Source of the DNA: Malacoraja senta
Taxonomy: Eukaryota
Assembly: GCA_038087875.1 (NCBI GenBank)
Contig: CM075981.1
Coordinates: 12,524,001 to 12,588,000 of the forward strand
Direction of reading: 5' to 3'
DNA: 64,000 nucleotides
The notes below the pieces were generated by a model, which ran no database searches, was not told where the DNA came from, and was given only the letters and a program-made list of their open reading frames with translations. Positions 39,901-54,900 of this stretch are shown here, one piece after another. Position numbers and translations under genes: made by a program. Each line of letters opens with the position of its first letter. Position 1 is the stretch's first letter.

Positions 39901-42900
39901 GAGCTGAAAATATTCTGTCTTGAAATGTCTCAGGAACAAATGAGGGTAATGCATGTAAACAAATCTACTTCCTACATACCTATATTGTTATATCAGACTT
40001 TAGTGCCAATGAATTGGACTGGCACTACTTAACTAGAAGTCGGGCAGAAAGAATATTACTAGTATGGGAAATGTGAAAAACAGGATTCTATTGTATTTGT
40101 GCCTCCCCATTCCTCACTCTTTGCTCAAATTGACACTGCACACTGCACATGCTTTGAAGGATGTATGCTCATTTGGTGAAACACCAAATGAGCATGAATA
40201 TGCAAGGAAAAAGGATAACACAAGGGAGTGCCACCAAAATGAGCTTTATCATAGGAAAGTCAGGTAAGGACTTTGATGGTGTACATTAGAGAAAAAGGCT
40301 GATGGGCATAAACAAGTGCATTGTAAGAACTACCTCAAGCAGAATGGCAATAAACTTGAAGGTATCCAGTTCCAACATGACAAAAGGCTTTGTGCACTCC
40401 AATTTCATCACTTTCTGTGCATAATAAGCAGTCTTTTCAATCTGTTCATCCGGGGACGCACGCCATACAATATCTAGTGATTGATGTCAAGAGTTTGCAT
40501 TTTGAACAAGTAGCTTCCACACTGTCAGAGGCATTGGAATCCCAGTCAGTAGAATTGAAAGGAGCTTCCAGGATTTCCTATTGTCACCTCCACAGCACCA
40601 GGCTATTGATATGAATGTTTGGCGATAGTTTTAGGAATATGGGTGCAAGATGTCGCACAGCCAACTATATAATGCACATTAACTACATGTATTCTTGAAA
40701 CAGGTAACTCATCAGAAACTCATACATGGCTCTGTTAATTCCGAGCCTGAGAAGTTGATTCATATTGGTAATTTAAAAGGTGTACCTGCAAATATTGTTG
40801 GTGCATCTTGGCAATGTAACCGTTCAGGATCTGCTGATTCTTGATTACCCTGCAATATCTTCTCTCAGTATTTTTCTACAAAAGCATTATTGTGAAGAGC
40901 CGTTCAGCATTACAATTGATCTTGACTTCAGAAATTATATACACGGAGAGAATGAATGAAATAAATATTCTGCTTAAATCAAGAGAAAAGATGGCATTGT
41001 AGAAATGTTCCACTTTGTTCTCATTTTTCTTGAGATATGAAAGATGTAGAAGTAGCGATTTTTAAAAGTATAGATAAGTTTAAAAAATATGTGTAGATCT
41101 GTCTACTTTAAATAATGAATTCTCTATTCAGTGAGATGATTTTATTGTTATAAAATTTAGACCATCCTGTTTTCCAACCAGGATTCTTCCGCCGGAGTAT
41201 CACAAAAAATGCTGTGTACAAATGTAAAACTGGTGGGAACTGTGAAATGGATATGTACATGCGGAGAAAATGTCAGGAATGCCGGCTGAAGAAGTGCAAG
41301 GCAGTGGGAATGCTAGCTGAATGTAAGTAATTAATAAACAGAAAAAAACTTTTATGTTTGAAAATGTATCTTTGCTGATACTTTGGCTTCTGATTTTTTG
41401 GAAAAACACATTAATTTAACACTTTTTAAGATCTCTGGAAACCCCAGAACACTTAACAACCAATAAAGTACTACTGTATTTTAGGAAATATGTCAGCCAA
41501 TTAATAAACAACAAGCTCCAATAAACAGGAAATTGATAATAAACAGACCGTCTGTGTTTAGTAATGTTGATTGAGGATTGAGGATGATGAGCAAATTGGT
41601 CAAATTCCTGCCACAATACTGATCGGCATTGAGCGTATGAGTCAGGAAGTCACATTTAAGTTTTATAAAACATTGGTTGACCCCATTAGGAGTATTGAGT
41701 GCAGTTCTGATTGCACATTGCAGGAAGGACATGGAGGCCTTGGAGAGGGGCAGAAGAGTTTCACCAGATTGGTTGTTAGATTAGAGGGTGTTAGCGAGCA
41801 AGAGAGACCAAACAAATTTAGATTGTTTTCTTTGGAATGTCAGAGGCTGAGAAGAGACCTGATCAAAGTTCATAAAATTATGAGAGGTATAAATAGGATA
41901 GATAGGCAGAATATTTTTCCCAGCGTGAAAATGACAAATAAAAGTGGGCATAGGGTTAAGGCGAGAGGGGAAAGTTTAAAGGAGATGTGTGGGTTACATT
42001 TTTTAAACAGAGGAGCGTGAGATGTGCTATCAGGCTAATCTAGGGCAGGGTAGAGGGTGCCAATCAACAGGAGAATTTAGAGGGAGTGCAAAATAACAAC
42101 TCTAATAATATGCAATCTTTAATTTGGGAAAATATCTCAAGCACTTCACAAGGATCATATCATACAAGATTTGACATTGAACAACTTAAGACTTCATGAC
42201 ACTTGTATTTTATTTCTCTTCTATTTTGGCCATCTCTTTAATGGCACCTCTCTTCCCAGACTTAAGTCATCTGTTTTAACTTTCCATGGTAACATTCCGC
42301 TTTTCTCATCCACTTGTTTTAGATCAGATGATTTTTTAAACAACTCACATCAAAGTTTTTAACTGTAAAACTAAGAAAATTAGAATTTGTTCCAATATAA
42401 TGCTGCAGAGGTAGAAATGAGCAAACTTTTGATGTTGGAATTCACTCTGTGGGAAAAGATGCTTGAGTTTGGAACAGTCTGAATCAAAGCATTAGATTCT
42501 ATGGATTTTCTATGGGAAGAGAGGAGAAGCAGACTACTTTAGGGAAGCCAGACACAAGCAGGTAAGTGTAGAGCGGGAAAAGAAAACAAAAACAGAAACT
42601 ACTGGAGTAATTCAGTGGGTCAGACAGCATCCCTTGAAGACATGGATAGGCGACTTTTTGGGTCAAGACTTCAGACTGATTTCAGGTTTAGATAGGGCAT
42701 TCTTTGAGCTTAGGGCTCTTGCAGATAAGGAAATGATGTTATGGAGCAATTAAAAATAGGATGCCAATCTGCAAGAATCACACAGATATCTTCAAGGTTA
42801 TAGGTTTGGAGGAACATAGGATAGGTATTATGAAGAAATGAAGATTTTAAACTAAAGACATGACTTAAACATAAATTAATATAAATCAAGTATGGAAGAG

Positions 42901-45900
42901 ATGGACAAATGGAACATAGTACAGTACAGTTGTTTAAGAAAGAACTGCTGCTGGAAAAATCGAAGGTAGACAAAAAATGCTGGAGAAACTCAGCGGGTGA
43001 GGCAGCATCTATGGAGAGAAGGAATAGGAGACGTTTCAGGTCGAGACCCTTCTTCATAGTACAGTACAGTATAGGAATGGGTCCTTTGGCCCACAATGTT
43101 TGTGCCCAACATGAAGCCAAGTTAAACTGATTGTACACGATCCCTCTATTCCTTGCACTTCCATGTGCCTATCTAAATGCCTCTTACATGCCACTATCGT
43201 ATCGGCCTCCACCGCTACCCCTGGCAATGCATTCCAGGCCCCTACCATTCTCTGTGCAAAAGAACTTGCTCTGTACATCTCCATGAAACGTTCCCCCTCT
43301 AGCTATGCCCTCTAGTGTTGGACATTATGACCCTAGGAAAAAGATTCCTACTTATATACTTCTATTAAGTCTCCCCTCAACCTCTGACATTCCAGAGAAA
43401 ACAATCCAAGATTGTTGCCTGGAACGCATTGCCAGGGGTGGTGGTGGAGGCGGATACGATAGTGACGTGTTTCACCCAGAGAGTGAGATGAGGAAAATCT
43501 TTTTCACCCAGAGAGTTGTGAATCTGTGGAATTCTCTGCCACAGAATGCAGTGGAGGCCAATTCACTGGATATTTTCAAGAGAGAGTTAGATTTTGCTCT
43601 TAGGGCTAAAGGATATGGGGAAAAAAGCAGGAACGAGATACTGATTTTGGATGATCAGCCATGATGATATTGAATGGCGGTGCTGGCTCAAAGGGCTGAA
43701 TGAATCCTGCACCTATTTTCTATTTTTCTATTATCTAACCTCTTCTTGTGCTGAAACCTTCTTGTCCGGGCAGTATTCTGGAAAACATTATCTACACCCT
43801 CTCCAAATCCTCCAAATCCTTCATGCAACACTCAAATTGTGGCCTAACCTGTCATATAGAGCTGCAATATGACTTCCTGACTCTTATACTCAATGCCCCT
43901 AGCATAGAAGACAAACATACCAGCACGTCAATGTTATCAAGGGTCTTGCCGTTAACTGTGTACTCTCCCCTTACATTCATGCTCCCAAAGTGTAATACCT
44001 TACATTTGCTCTGATTAAACTCTATCTGCCATTTTTTTTAACCATTTCTGCAGGTGATCTATATCCCTATGTATCTTCTGACAGCTTTCCTCACTGTTTG
44101 CAACTTCTCCAATTTTGATGTTCCGCAAACCTACTCACCAACTCATCCACATTTAAATGGAGCATTGTGTTAAAATAATATCTCTTTATTCAGGAATAAA
44201 GGTATTGAGCATTAAATGGTATCTATTAAATTCTTCTAGGTTTGCTAACAGAAATCCAGTGCAAATCTAAACGCCTACGGAAAAACACCAAACAAGTCAT
44301 GGATATTTATTGCAGCATAAAGACAGAGGAAGATGGTGTTGACAGCAAACAGGTTTCATCTACCACAAAGGCTGGAAAGGTAAGATTGTTTGAATTTGAA
44401 GGATAAATATCTCACTTTTGAAAGGGGGATGGCTGAAGGATACATGATACATTTATCAGATTTCTATTTTCATGCAGAAAAGTTGGACATCATCTTTGAA
44501 GAAAATCACATATAAGAATGCTCTGTAAACCTGTGCGTATCTTTTGTGGGATTGACTGTAATTATACAGAGCTGAGACAAACTCTGAGGCCTTCTGGAAG
44601 TGCCATTTAAATATGGTGCACAAGTATCACCTTTTTTTGAGGGCGGACGAGTGGTGCAGCTAGTAGAGCTGGAGATCCCGGTTCAATCTTGACCCTGAGT
44701 GCTGTCTGTGTGGCGTTTGCAGGTTCTCCCTGTGATTGCATGGGTTTTCTCCAAGATCGCAAAGATGTGTGGGTTTATAGGCCTCTGTACAAATTGCCCC
44801 TAGTGTGTAAGGAGTGGATGAGAAAGTGGGATAGCGTACAACTAGTGTGAATGGATGATCAATGGTCAGTGTGGACTCAGTGGGTTGAAGGCCTGTTTCC
44901 ATGCTGTTATTCCTAAACTAAACTTTTACCCTGCTGTTCTATTTTGCCATGGCTGCTTGGCACACATTTTAGCTCAAAATTAAAACAATTATAAATGTTG
45001 TGAATTTCATGCTTGAGATATCTTTTTGAAGAGGTGAATTAGTGGAATATAAGCAGTACAGAGAAAGATCTACATTGATTATTGGAGAAATTAAGAGGAT
45101 CTAATATGGGCAAGTATCCTGTACCTAATAACTTGCATCTCAGTGTTTGGTGATCTTCCAAAATTTCCACAGTTTTCAAACAGTTCCAGAGGTTGGAAGT
45201 AACAAACATAATACTGCTAACATAAGAAAGGAGGGACAGAAAATATAATCGACCAGTCATTTGAATCTGTCCTCAGCACAATATGAAGATCCATCATCCT
45301 GTGCATGGTAAAGAGATATCTAGAAAACATACGATTTGGCAAATCAAACTTATTTTATGACAGGAATCAAACTTATTTTATGACAGGGTCATCGTTTTGG
45401 GTAATTGAGGGTAAAATTCAGGGGGGAATTGTCTAGAATAATTCATATAATTTAAAAAAAAATCCTCAGTTTATTAGAATTACTCTTTATGTCCGTATTA
45501 AGAATAGTAATACTATAAATTCTTAGCCCTGTTATCCATATACCTAGCTCATTATTTACATGTGTATCATTCTCCTGTTCTCTCACTATGAGATAAGTGG
45601 TGAAAATAAAATTTTGAAAAGCCAATACATCTCTCCTCAGAGGGTCAATCCCTATGCTCTCCTTGGGATTTCTCAGTCACGCACGCCTCTAGATTAACTT
45701 TCCTGATATCATGATTTAAGAAGGAGCAAGAAAGGTCTCCTGAATGTAATCCCTGTGTCTTTATTTATCTGTTCAATTAATATATGTGTATAATATGACA
45801 TTACACCATCATTCTGATATTACTTGTGTAATTATTCAGATCAGTAGATGAAGCAAAGGGAATAATAATTCCCTTTTATCTCTGCTATAACTCAATTTGT

Positions 45901-48900
45901 GATAAATATAGTACATAATTCCATTAATTCTGCATGAATAACTGAATAAAACGATGATGATTTGCAGCAGTTCTAAAATGTAATCCATTTCCACTGCATT
46001 GCTTGTGAAAGTAAAGTTTATAATACAATTTATTTCCAGGTAACTACTACTTCCAATGAGCAACACTGCATTGAGATTAGGTTGTTAAACAAATTAATGA
46101 TTGATGAGCTCGTTATCCGTAAAATAATGAAGACTCCGATGGAAAGTGCCAGATTTAAAACTTCTCACATTAGATGTGCAAATGATGTGATTTTCTGTGT
46201 TTTATACCAATTCCCTTCCAAATAGATGGGATTCTGCATAATCAAGTTATTTTTGAAACTACATGAATATATCACAGATCTTGGGTCTATGTTTCTTGAC
46301 AGTAAATTTAACTTAAATGAACACTATTGAGAATGCACTGAGCATCTGAGTAGCATAAATACCTTTTTTAAATTATTTATACAGATGCAGCAGAGAGTGG
46401 AGTTTACAGCTGAGGAACAACAGCTCCTCGATTACATTGTGGAAGCTCATCACAAGTACCGAATACCCCAAGAAGCAGCAAGAAAATATGTAAGTAATAT
46501 GGGCAGATTTAAACAATTGATTTTGCATTAAAATGTTATAGTCACATCAATATTATTGGCTCAAGTGAATCAATGATAATTTGGTTTGTGATTTAACTTT
46601 CACAGTTTTGTAAAGACCATATAATTAAATTTTGACAATTGCATCATCGATCATCCATGTTGATGTGCTTAGAAACGTTTTATAACCATTTTTATAAACA
46701 AGAAAGTGCAGATGCTGGAATTTTGTGCAAAACACAAAGTGCTGGAAGAAGTCAGCAGGTCAGGCAGCACCTGGGAAGAGAATAAACAGGTGTCGACCCA
46801 GGTCGGGATCCTTTTCAGACCCAAGTTCATCTTGTTTCTATCTTGTTTGGAAATATATATTAAACACTTAGCTGCATCTGATGTTAGTGGATGACAAATG
46901 TATGTGAATTATGGGTAAAAGTAAGTTAACCACTTGAAAGTGCTTCCTTTTGAAATGTGTATTACATCAGTATATCTCCAATTGGAATATCCAAATAGAA
47001 TCAACCATTTCAAACATTTAACATACACTTCTGGTCACAAATAATACCTGTACAGAGCAGCTGATCTCATTAGGTGGCACACAATGAAATAATTCCTAGT
47101 GTAATAGTCATTTAGAGCATTTTCTGGGATTTTAAAAAATCATATTGGCCCAAACGGAGCTTGTCATTACGTACTCAACTAAACCAAATTTCAAAGGGAC
47201 TTTTTCCATTTCCAGCATCTGCAGACTCTTGTGTCTCCAAAAACAAAATTCAGATTCTGTAAATCTGCAATAAATATAGAATTACAGAAATACTCTTGTT
47301 TTATCAAGGAAAAATCCTGTTGATGTTCTGGTCCACAAATGCTTTCCGAGTCGCTGAGCATTTATTTCTGCCATTCTTTCTGTTTATTTAATGTAGTTCC
47401 CTTTCATTATTGTGACACTGAATGGGAGAAGTTTTTTTTATATACATTATCGTGCTTTCAGGGGTTTACCTGATTAACCACAATGTTTCTTCACAATTAA
47501 GTGTTGTTTCTAATATCACTGTCTATGTATCAGTTATTCGAACCTGCAAATCCTGTGGAGGATTTTCTCAGGCTCTCAGAGAATGCTACCCTGCAAGTGG
47601 AAGTATTGGTAGAGTTTACTAAAAGATTACCAGGTGAGTAGGTGTGAAGTTGCAAATAAAGCTTTATATAGTTTAATGTGCAATTGCAAATCTAAGAATG
47701 TCTCATCTTTGTTCCATTGCACTTATTTAAAACCAATTGAAACAGAATTACTTAGTTTGCTTATTTTGTTAAATGAATATTCATTGTGGGGAAATATGAT
47801 ATATGTAATATGCCGGAAAAGAAAGTGGTTGTATCTCCCTCTACAGACACTGCCTGAGCTGCTGACTATTTCCAGCATTTTCTGTGTTTATTTTCAGATC
47901 ATCAGCATTTTTTTTGCATTTGCTGCAAAACTTTATTTTAACCATTTCCAAATCAAAACAATTATTGTATGAAGTATTGGAAATATATTTATTCTTCAAT
48001 GGAAACTATTTTGAGGATTACTTTTTAAAATTATCATGGTCTTACTATCTAATCAACTCAAATGTAAACGGCTCTATCAAAGGCTATCATTCATTTCTCA
48101 TGGACGCTCCTTCATTTTGTCACCTGCTTGGTGGTGTTGGTGAAAGCCTTTTAAGAGGACTCTTGCTTCATTTATACTTATGGTTAGATTGGACCTTCCA
48201 GGTGCTCCTCAAGAAATTCCTCAGTCACAAAGAAATTAAAACATTTGTATTAGATTTCAAGCTTTTTTACTCTCCACTCTCCACGAGAAGCAAATATACT
48301 CTGGGTGTATAGGACAACAAAATCTGCTGCTAATTTGTCATTCAGTTTAAATATATATATTATAATGACTCAAAGATAGACACAAAAGGCTGGAGTAACT
48401 CAGCAGGTCAGGCAGCATCTCTGGACAAAAGGAATAGGTGACATTTTGGGTCAAGACCCTTCTTCAGATTGAGAGTCAGGAGAAAGGACGAGAGATATAG
48501 ATTGTGATATAGAACAAATGAATGAAAGATATGCAAAAATGTAACAATGATCAAGGAAACGGCCCATTGTTGGCTGTGGGCGGGGTGTTAACAAGTTATA
48601 TGGACAACGAAACTCACCAGGACGACAGTGAAACTAATACAACGACTAGGATGGGGGAGGGGATGCAAGGATTGCTTGAATGTAAAGAAATCAAATTTCA
48701 TACCACTGGGTTGTAAGTGCCCATGCGAAATATGAGGCACTGTTTCTCCAATTTGCGTTTGGTCTCACTGACAATGGAGGGGGCCTAGGACAGAAAGGTC
48801 AGTATGAGAATGGGAAGGGGAGTTAAAGTGTTTGGCAACAGGAGATCATGTAGGCCCAGGCGGACTGAGCGAAGGTGTTCAGTGAAACAATCACCCAGTC

Positions 48901-51900
48901 TACGTTTGGTCTATGTATAAGAGTCCACACCTGGAACAACGAATACAGTAGATGGGGTTGGAGGAGGTGCAAGTGAACCTCTGCCTAATGACATGTAGCA
49001 ACAGAATTGGAAAGTATCAAATATTGGATAAATATAAAGATTATAAAAAGTTGATGATTTGTTTTTATGTATTCCAAGGGCAAAATGAGAGGTTGAATGT
49101 TATATCTGGAAATTCAGTAGTGTGTATATTGTTTAAGGATTCCAGACATTAGACAACGAAGACCAGATTGCATTGCTAAAAGGTTCCACTGTGGAAGTGA
49201 TGTTCCTTCACTCGGCACAATTGTACAACCAGAGCTTCACACAGAGCAGTCACCAATATATTCAGGGTGAGTAATGAGAGATTCAAACAAAGAATGTAAG
49301 CTTCTTTCACTTTTGTCACTCTCAACTCTTCGTCCACCTGGTTGGTGCAAGAGATTTTAGGAAATGTGAGAAATACAACAGCTGATTTAACATGCTGCAT
49401 GTTGCTACATAAAGGAGTGTGATTAAAATGAGAAATTATGCTTGAGGGATGAGCATTGGGTCAAAGGAAGGAGTTACCTGGCCATCCTTTGCTAATCCTT
49501 GCATGTTCCTCAGGAAAGATTGAAAAATGGTTTAACATCTTATCGTGATTAACAGCACCTTTTAACTAGGTAATGCTTCCTAGGTAACTCACTCGAACGT
49601 TAGTCTAGATTTTGTGCTTTAGTCCCTGGAGTGGGACTTGAACTTAAACCTCCTAACTACAAGGTGAGATTGCTGTGTGTTCCCAAACCAAACTGCAGTA
49701 GTTTAACAAACAAAGGGCTTTTCCAACCAACATGCTATTGCATAGGCATTTGGCCATCTACCACTTTTCAGTGATCTTCCATCCACGTTCCCACCTTTTT
49801 TTCCTCTAGAATAGAACATGATTAAGCCAGTTTATCATCAAATCCAACCACTTCAGAAGATTATCTGGACACTTTGTCACATATTGTTCTTGCTCAGGTC
49901 AGTCATTTCTTGTCCTGGATAAATACAGAATGATATCACTGGTATGAACACACATTTTGAGCACTGCCAAAAGAAGCAGGGTCATATTGTTCTAAACCAT
50001 AACTTAAATGAATAGTCTGTGAACTATTCCCATTCCAGGACTGGGAAATCTCAGTCGGGTGGTTCACTTCACTTTTTTAGTTATTGGGCCTACTTTAGCA
50101 TCACACATCACGTGCATGATTCCCTAAAAATGGCAGGTCAGATGGACAATGTGATGAAGAAAGCCTTTGGCACACTTGGAATATCATGACGCAACTGTAT
50201 AGGTCAATGATGAGACCACACTTAGAGCACTGTGTGCAATTTAGGTCGCCCAGATATATGAAGGATGTCACTAAGCCGGAAAGGAAGCAAAAGAGATTCA
50301 CTAGGATGTTACCGGCAGCCTGGGCTTGTGGGCTTGAGTTAGAAAGAGATTGAATGGGCTGGGACTTTTGCCGATGGCTCCGACTTCAAATTTCTGGGGC
50401 TAGGTTGTTAGATGCTGCAAACACAGCAGAAGGGTACTCAACTTATTATTTTTTTTTAAAGGAATTTTTTTTTTCCTTATATCAAAAAACACACTGAAGA
50501 ATATTTGTGTTATATTTAACATAGAATGTATGTCCTGTATATTCCACCATTAGACTTTCTTTCATTGATTTAATGGCTGTAGTGCATATTATTTTCCAAT
50601 TGGATGGCAGAAATTCATCATCATTCCCTCACCCTCACAAGTGGAAGCCATATCAACCGTATTATCTGGAAAGACAAGGGCAGCTGTTGCATGTGTGTTG
50701 TTACAACTGAGGAGGATTGTAAGTCACATAACATGCTTACTTGGAAACGGCTTTTCCCTTTGTATGTGCATTCTCAGTAAATATTAAAAACAATTCCTTC
50801 ATCAAAGGACTATATTCATGAAAGTTCACAATTTTCAATGGCAAAAATTAATCACAAATAATTCCAGGGTAGACAAAAATGCTGGAGAAACTCAGCGGGA
50901 AACGTCGCCTATTTCCTTCGCTCCATAGATGCTGCCTCACCCGCTGAGTTTCTCCAGCATTTTTGTCTACCTTCGATTTTCCAGCATCTGCAGTTCCTTC
51001 TTAAACAAATAATTCCAAGAACAGTTTTGGTGGTGTGTACCAATTTTTTCGTAATTGTCTTAAAGATGGCTTGAAAAACATGTATTAATTCTTTAAAGTT
51101 TAGCCATGGATTATTTACTGCCATGCCTTTTAATATTTTTTCCGATCTATAAAAACGTTCTTATAATTCATAATTCATGCCTCCTTAATTCAATCTGAAG
51201 AAAATAAATGAGATAATTTTCAATTTTTAACTACAGAATCAATTAACCCTTTTTAAAAATACTGTATCTATAGTTAGTTTGCTTATCCATACTGCTGCCA
51301 TCCACACAGGCTGGAAGAACCTCATACCTTTAGAAAGGTACAAGAACGGGGGCACCTCCAGACTCTCATACCTATTTCACTTATAGCCACACGATGCCCA
51401 ATTCCAGTTATTAATCTAAAGAGTTTGATTGTCCTCTGGAACCAAGTACACAAGTAACATTCCCTCTCTCTTATGCAGCATAATCTATAAACTACATCAT
51501 AGTACATAAACTATAAGCTTCATCTCATCAACTCTGAGACAAAATTCAAGCTGCAGATTTACGACAGATATCGTCACCATGAATTCTAAAGCTTTCTAGC
51601 AGCTCCTACAAACTACAGCTGCAGCATCTTTCACTTACTAGCCTCTGAATCCAGTACATTATCCTTATATTTCTGCCAGCTCCAATGAGATCCTACTACA
51701 AGCCTCCCCACCCCTTTCTGCCTTCTGCAAGGACCACCCCCTCTGACTCTGTGGTCTGCTAATCCCTCTGCACACACTCTTTTCTGATTCAAGCTACGGT
51801 TGTTCTTCCATTTCCTCCATCATCACCATCAATGGACCCAAACAGCCCTTCCAGGCGATGCATGGCTCATGTGGACCTCGTCCAACCTTATCTATTGCAT

Positions 51901-54900
51901 TATGTGCTCCAGATGAGGCCTCTTCTACATAAGTGAAACCAAGCACAGAACAAGTGACTGATTTGCAGCAAAACCATATTGTACCGCTGATTGTACTACT
52001 GTTATGGATTCTGTCGCCTTATATATAGGACTGAGCTATAGCCAATAAAAAATCCTAATTGCAAATTGTTCTTTTGTTTGTTTTCCAGATACTGAACACT
52101 ATTCCACACTCCCTGGATGTTGTACTAACCAATGTTTTGAAGAGCATATTCCAGCCGTTATGATGGAGCAGTCTAATTTGGATGAGATCTCGATTGTAGT
52201 TCCAAATCGCACATTAGGTACTACCTGCTTATATACTATTACAGTAATGCAAAAATTGAGGCATGGGAGATTATTATACACCAAATCCAAACTTTATTTC
52301 CTTGTTGACTCTGGGGGTAATTTTAGTAGGGTGAGTTATATTTTAACTGTATTTTTAATTACCATTGTTTATAAGAATTAGTCCATAAAAATAGAAATAC
52401 TATGAATTCTTAGCCCTGTTATCCACATACCTACTTAACATGTGCATCATTGTGCTGTTTTCCTTAACTGTCAGGCATAGAGGGTATGGTGAAAAAAAAT
52501 TAAAAAAGTCAATACATTTTTCATCAGAGGTTCCATTTCTTGGGTTTTCTCAATCACCCATTCCACCATAATAACCTTCCTGGTATCATGGTTTAAGGAA
52601 GAAAAAAATCCCAGTGAATTTAATGAAAAAAATAGTTCATTAATTGCTGCTATAACTATATTTGTGACATAAATTTTGTGTATAATTTCATTAAGTCTGT
52701 ACGAATATCTGAATAAAACTATGATTGATTGCAGTACTTCTAAAGTGTGATCCATTTCCACTGCATTATTTTCTAAAGCATCTCTTCTAATACAATTCAG
52801 TCTGATTCAAGTGTGTTAAAAACATAGTTGTGGTTTTAAAATGCTACAAATTCTAAGTTAGACATCTTGATTTAATCTATTTCGGTTCACCTTTATCTAT
52901 CGACAACTTTTGCAAGTACCCCATCATACTTCAAGTTATCATAAATCATGTATGCATTTTGTTGAAGTTAATTTGGAAATATAATGTTGCACTTCTTTGT
53001 AACCAGGTATAGCTGAAGAATTTATAACACCAATGTTCGATTTCTACAGAAGCATGGGGGAACTGAATGCGACAGACACTGAATATGCCTTACTTTCTGC
53101 AACCACCATTCTTTTCTCAGGTAAAAAAAAAACATAATCACTAATTAGGTTGGCCATGCATTATAATTCAACGCTGGTTCTAATGCAGCTAAAGTAAAAT
53201 GGTATGGTAGTTAATTGGGAAATCTTCGTACGAATGAAACATAAACCAAAGGAAGTTAGATCTCAAGCCGGGTGTTGAACAGCCAGGTTGTTGTCTCTGC
53301 GTCAATGTCTGCCAGGCCCTGAGCTCCATTGGTGGGTGGTAGAGCGGGCACCCAGAAATGACATGGTTGGCTGTCTGTTGTTCTGCTCCGTATTCACAGG
53401 CTGGGCTCTGGTGGAGTCCCCATCTCCACATACTGGCATTGAAACGCCCAACTCCAGTATGAAATCTGTTGAACTTCACCTATGCTCCTCTGGGGAGGTC
53501 AGACCCTGGATAGCTTTTATTTTCTGAAGAGATGTTGCTGTGTAATGGAGATGATGTTGCCTTCCACTCCTGTGACCACTTGGTGGCTATCCAGTGTGCT
53601 TTTGTCTCAGTTGGCTGGATGGATGCTAGGGGTTGTTTTCCATGTGGAGCAAAGGGGTGACGGTACTTGAGACGGGGTGGCCTCTTTTTTTATCTGCTAA
53701 TTGCCTGATGGAGGAGATGATCTGGGTCCATGGCACGACGAGATAGTGCCAGAGTTGCTGTTTGCAATAATGATCAGATTAACACATTGATATGATTGCT
53801 GAAAAGACCTTCAATTTATTAATTTGCCCAAATTATATTGGAATTTAAATGGAAAAAATATATTGTAACATCCTGGCACATTGGAAAAGGCCACCGGCAG
53901 GTGAAAAACTTGAAATTTTCTTCATTACATTTGTAATTCTACCTTGGCATTAACATATCACTCCTGATTTCCTTTCTGGTTGGGCTGATTTGAGTGTCAC
54001 AATAACATTGACTCAATTGACTACAATTCCAAGGGATATTACAAGCATTACATTCATGTATTCTAGATCTGGATGATGAACAGAGATGAAACAAGAAAAT
54101 AGATGTGGTAAAACAACTCTTAAATTGACTCCAATTCATAATTTCTCACAAATTTTAACCTTGCAACCACTAGTTAGACAATCATACTTTACCGAGTTTG
54201 TTAAGAAATTTGGAAATAAAATCTGATAACCTACATGAGCCAAATAATCTGATAATCTGATAACCTACATGAGCCAAATGCCTGTCTTTGCTTGTAATGC
54301 ACAATATGCAGCCCTCAGACCACATCCATTCTGTTCGATGTTCATTTTTGGTCTTCACAGGAGCCTCCAACATGGCTGTGAGCAGCAGACAGTTGTATGT
54401 TTCCGTCTAAGCTTCGGGCACAGCCGCAACAGTTGAATAATTGTCCTATTTTCCTTCTGTACAAGCTGCCTAAGCATCCAAATATCCTTGTGCCTTATAC
54501 AGTAGCCTGTCAGTGACTGACTGTCCACCATCCAGAAATTGATCAGTTGCTAGGCGAGGGCTTTTTACTTCTTGTTTTCATATATTCTAAAAGACTCGGG
54601 CTAATGCTGAAATAACAATTAACAGCAGGCGAATAACAAATAATGTTAAAGTCCTGAATATAGCATGGTTGCGACAAAACTTGATCTAGTGGTTGGTCAG
54701 AGATCCTTGGACTTTACATTTCACATATAGGTTCAAATTAAGCTGGGAGTAATACCTTCAGATGCAGTGGAGGGGAGAGAATAGATTTATTTTTTAGAAC
54801 TGGCAAATGCAGAGGGAGATCTCAAGGTTCCCTTCCATATAAATTCTACCTCACGCAGCCAAATTGTATCTAACTCTTGCTTCTCTGAAATTAGTATCAA

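Noticed and set aside
40300-40900. Unique-looking stretch with partial Cys-containing minus-strand reading
   Set aside because: All frames are interrupted and no family motif was recognisable; probably an old TE remnant.
47634-48312. ORFs of 112 and 142 aa after exon 6
   Set aside because: They are intronic, non-ATG starts with F/L/I-rich composition typical of AT-rich non-coding DNA.
50201-50213. AGGTCAnTGA partial IR1 (FXRE) suggesting autoregulation
   Set aside because: The second half-site is poor and it lies within a decayed CR1.
51310-51337. Possible micro-exon (cacag|GCTGG...GAAAG|gtacaa) between exons 7 and 8
   Set aside because: 28 nt would shift the frame, the signals are weak, and it borders a decayed Penelope fragment.
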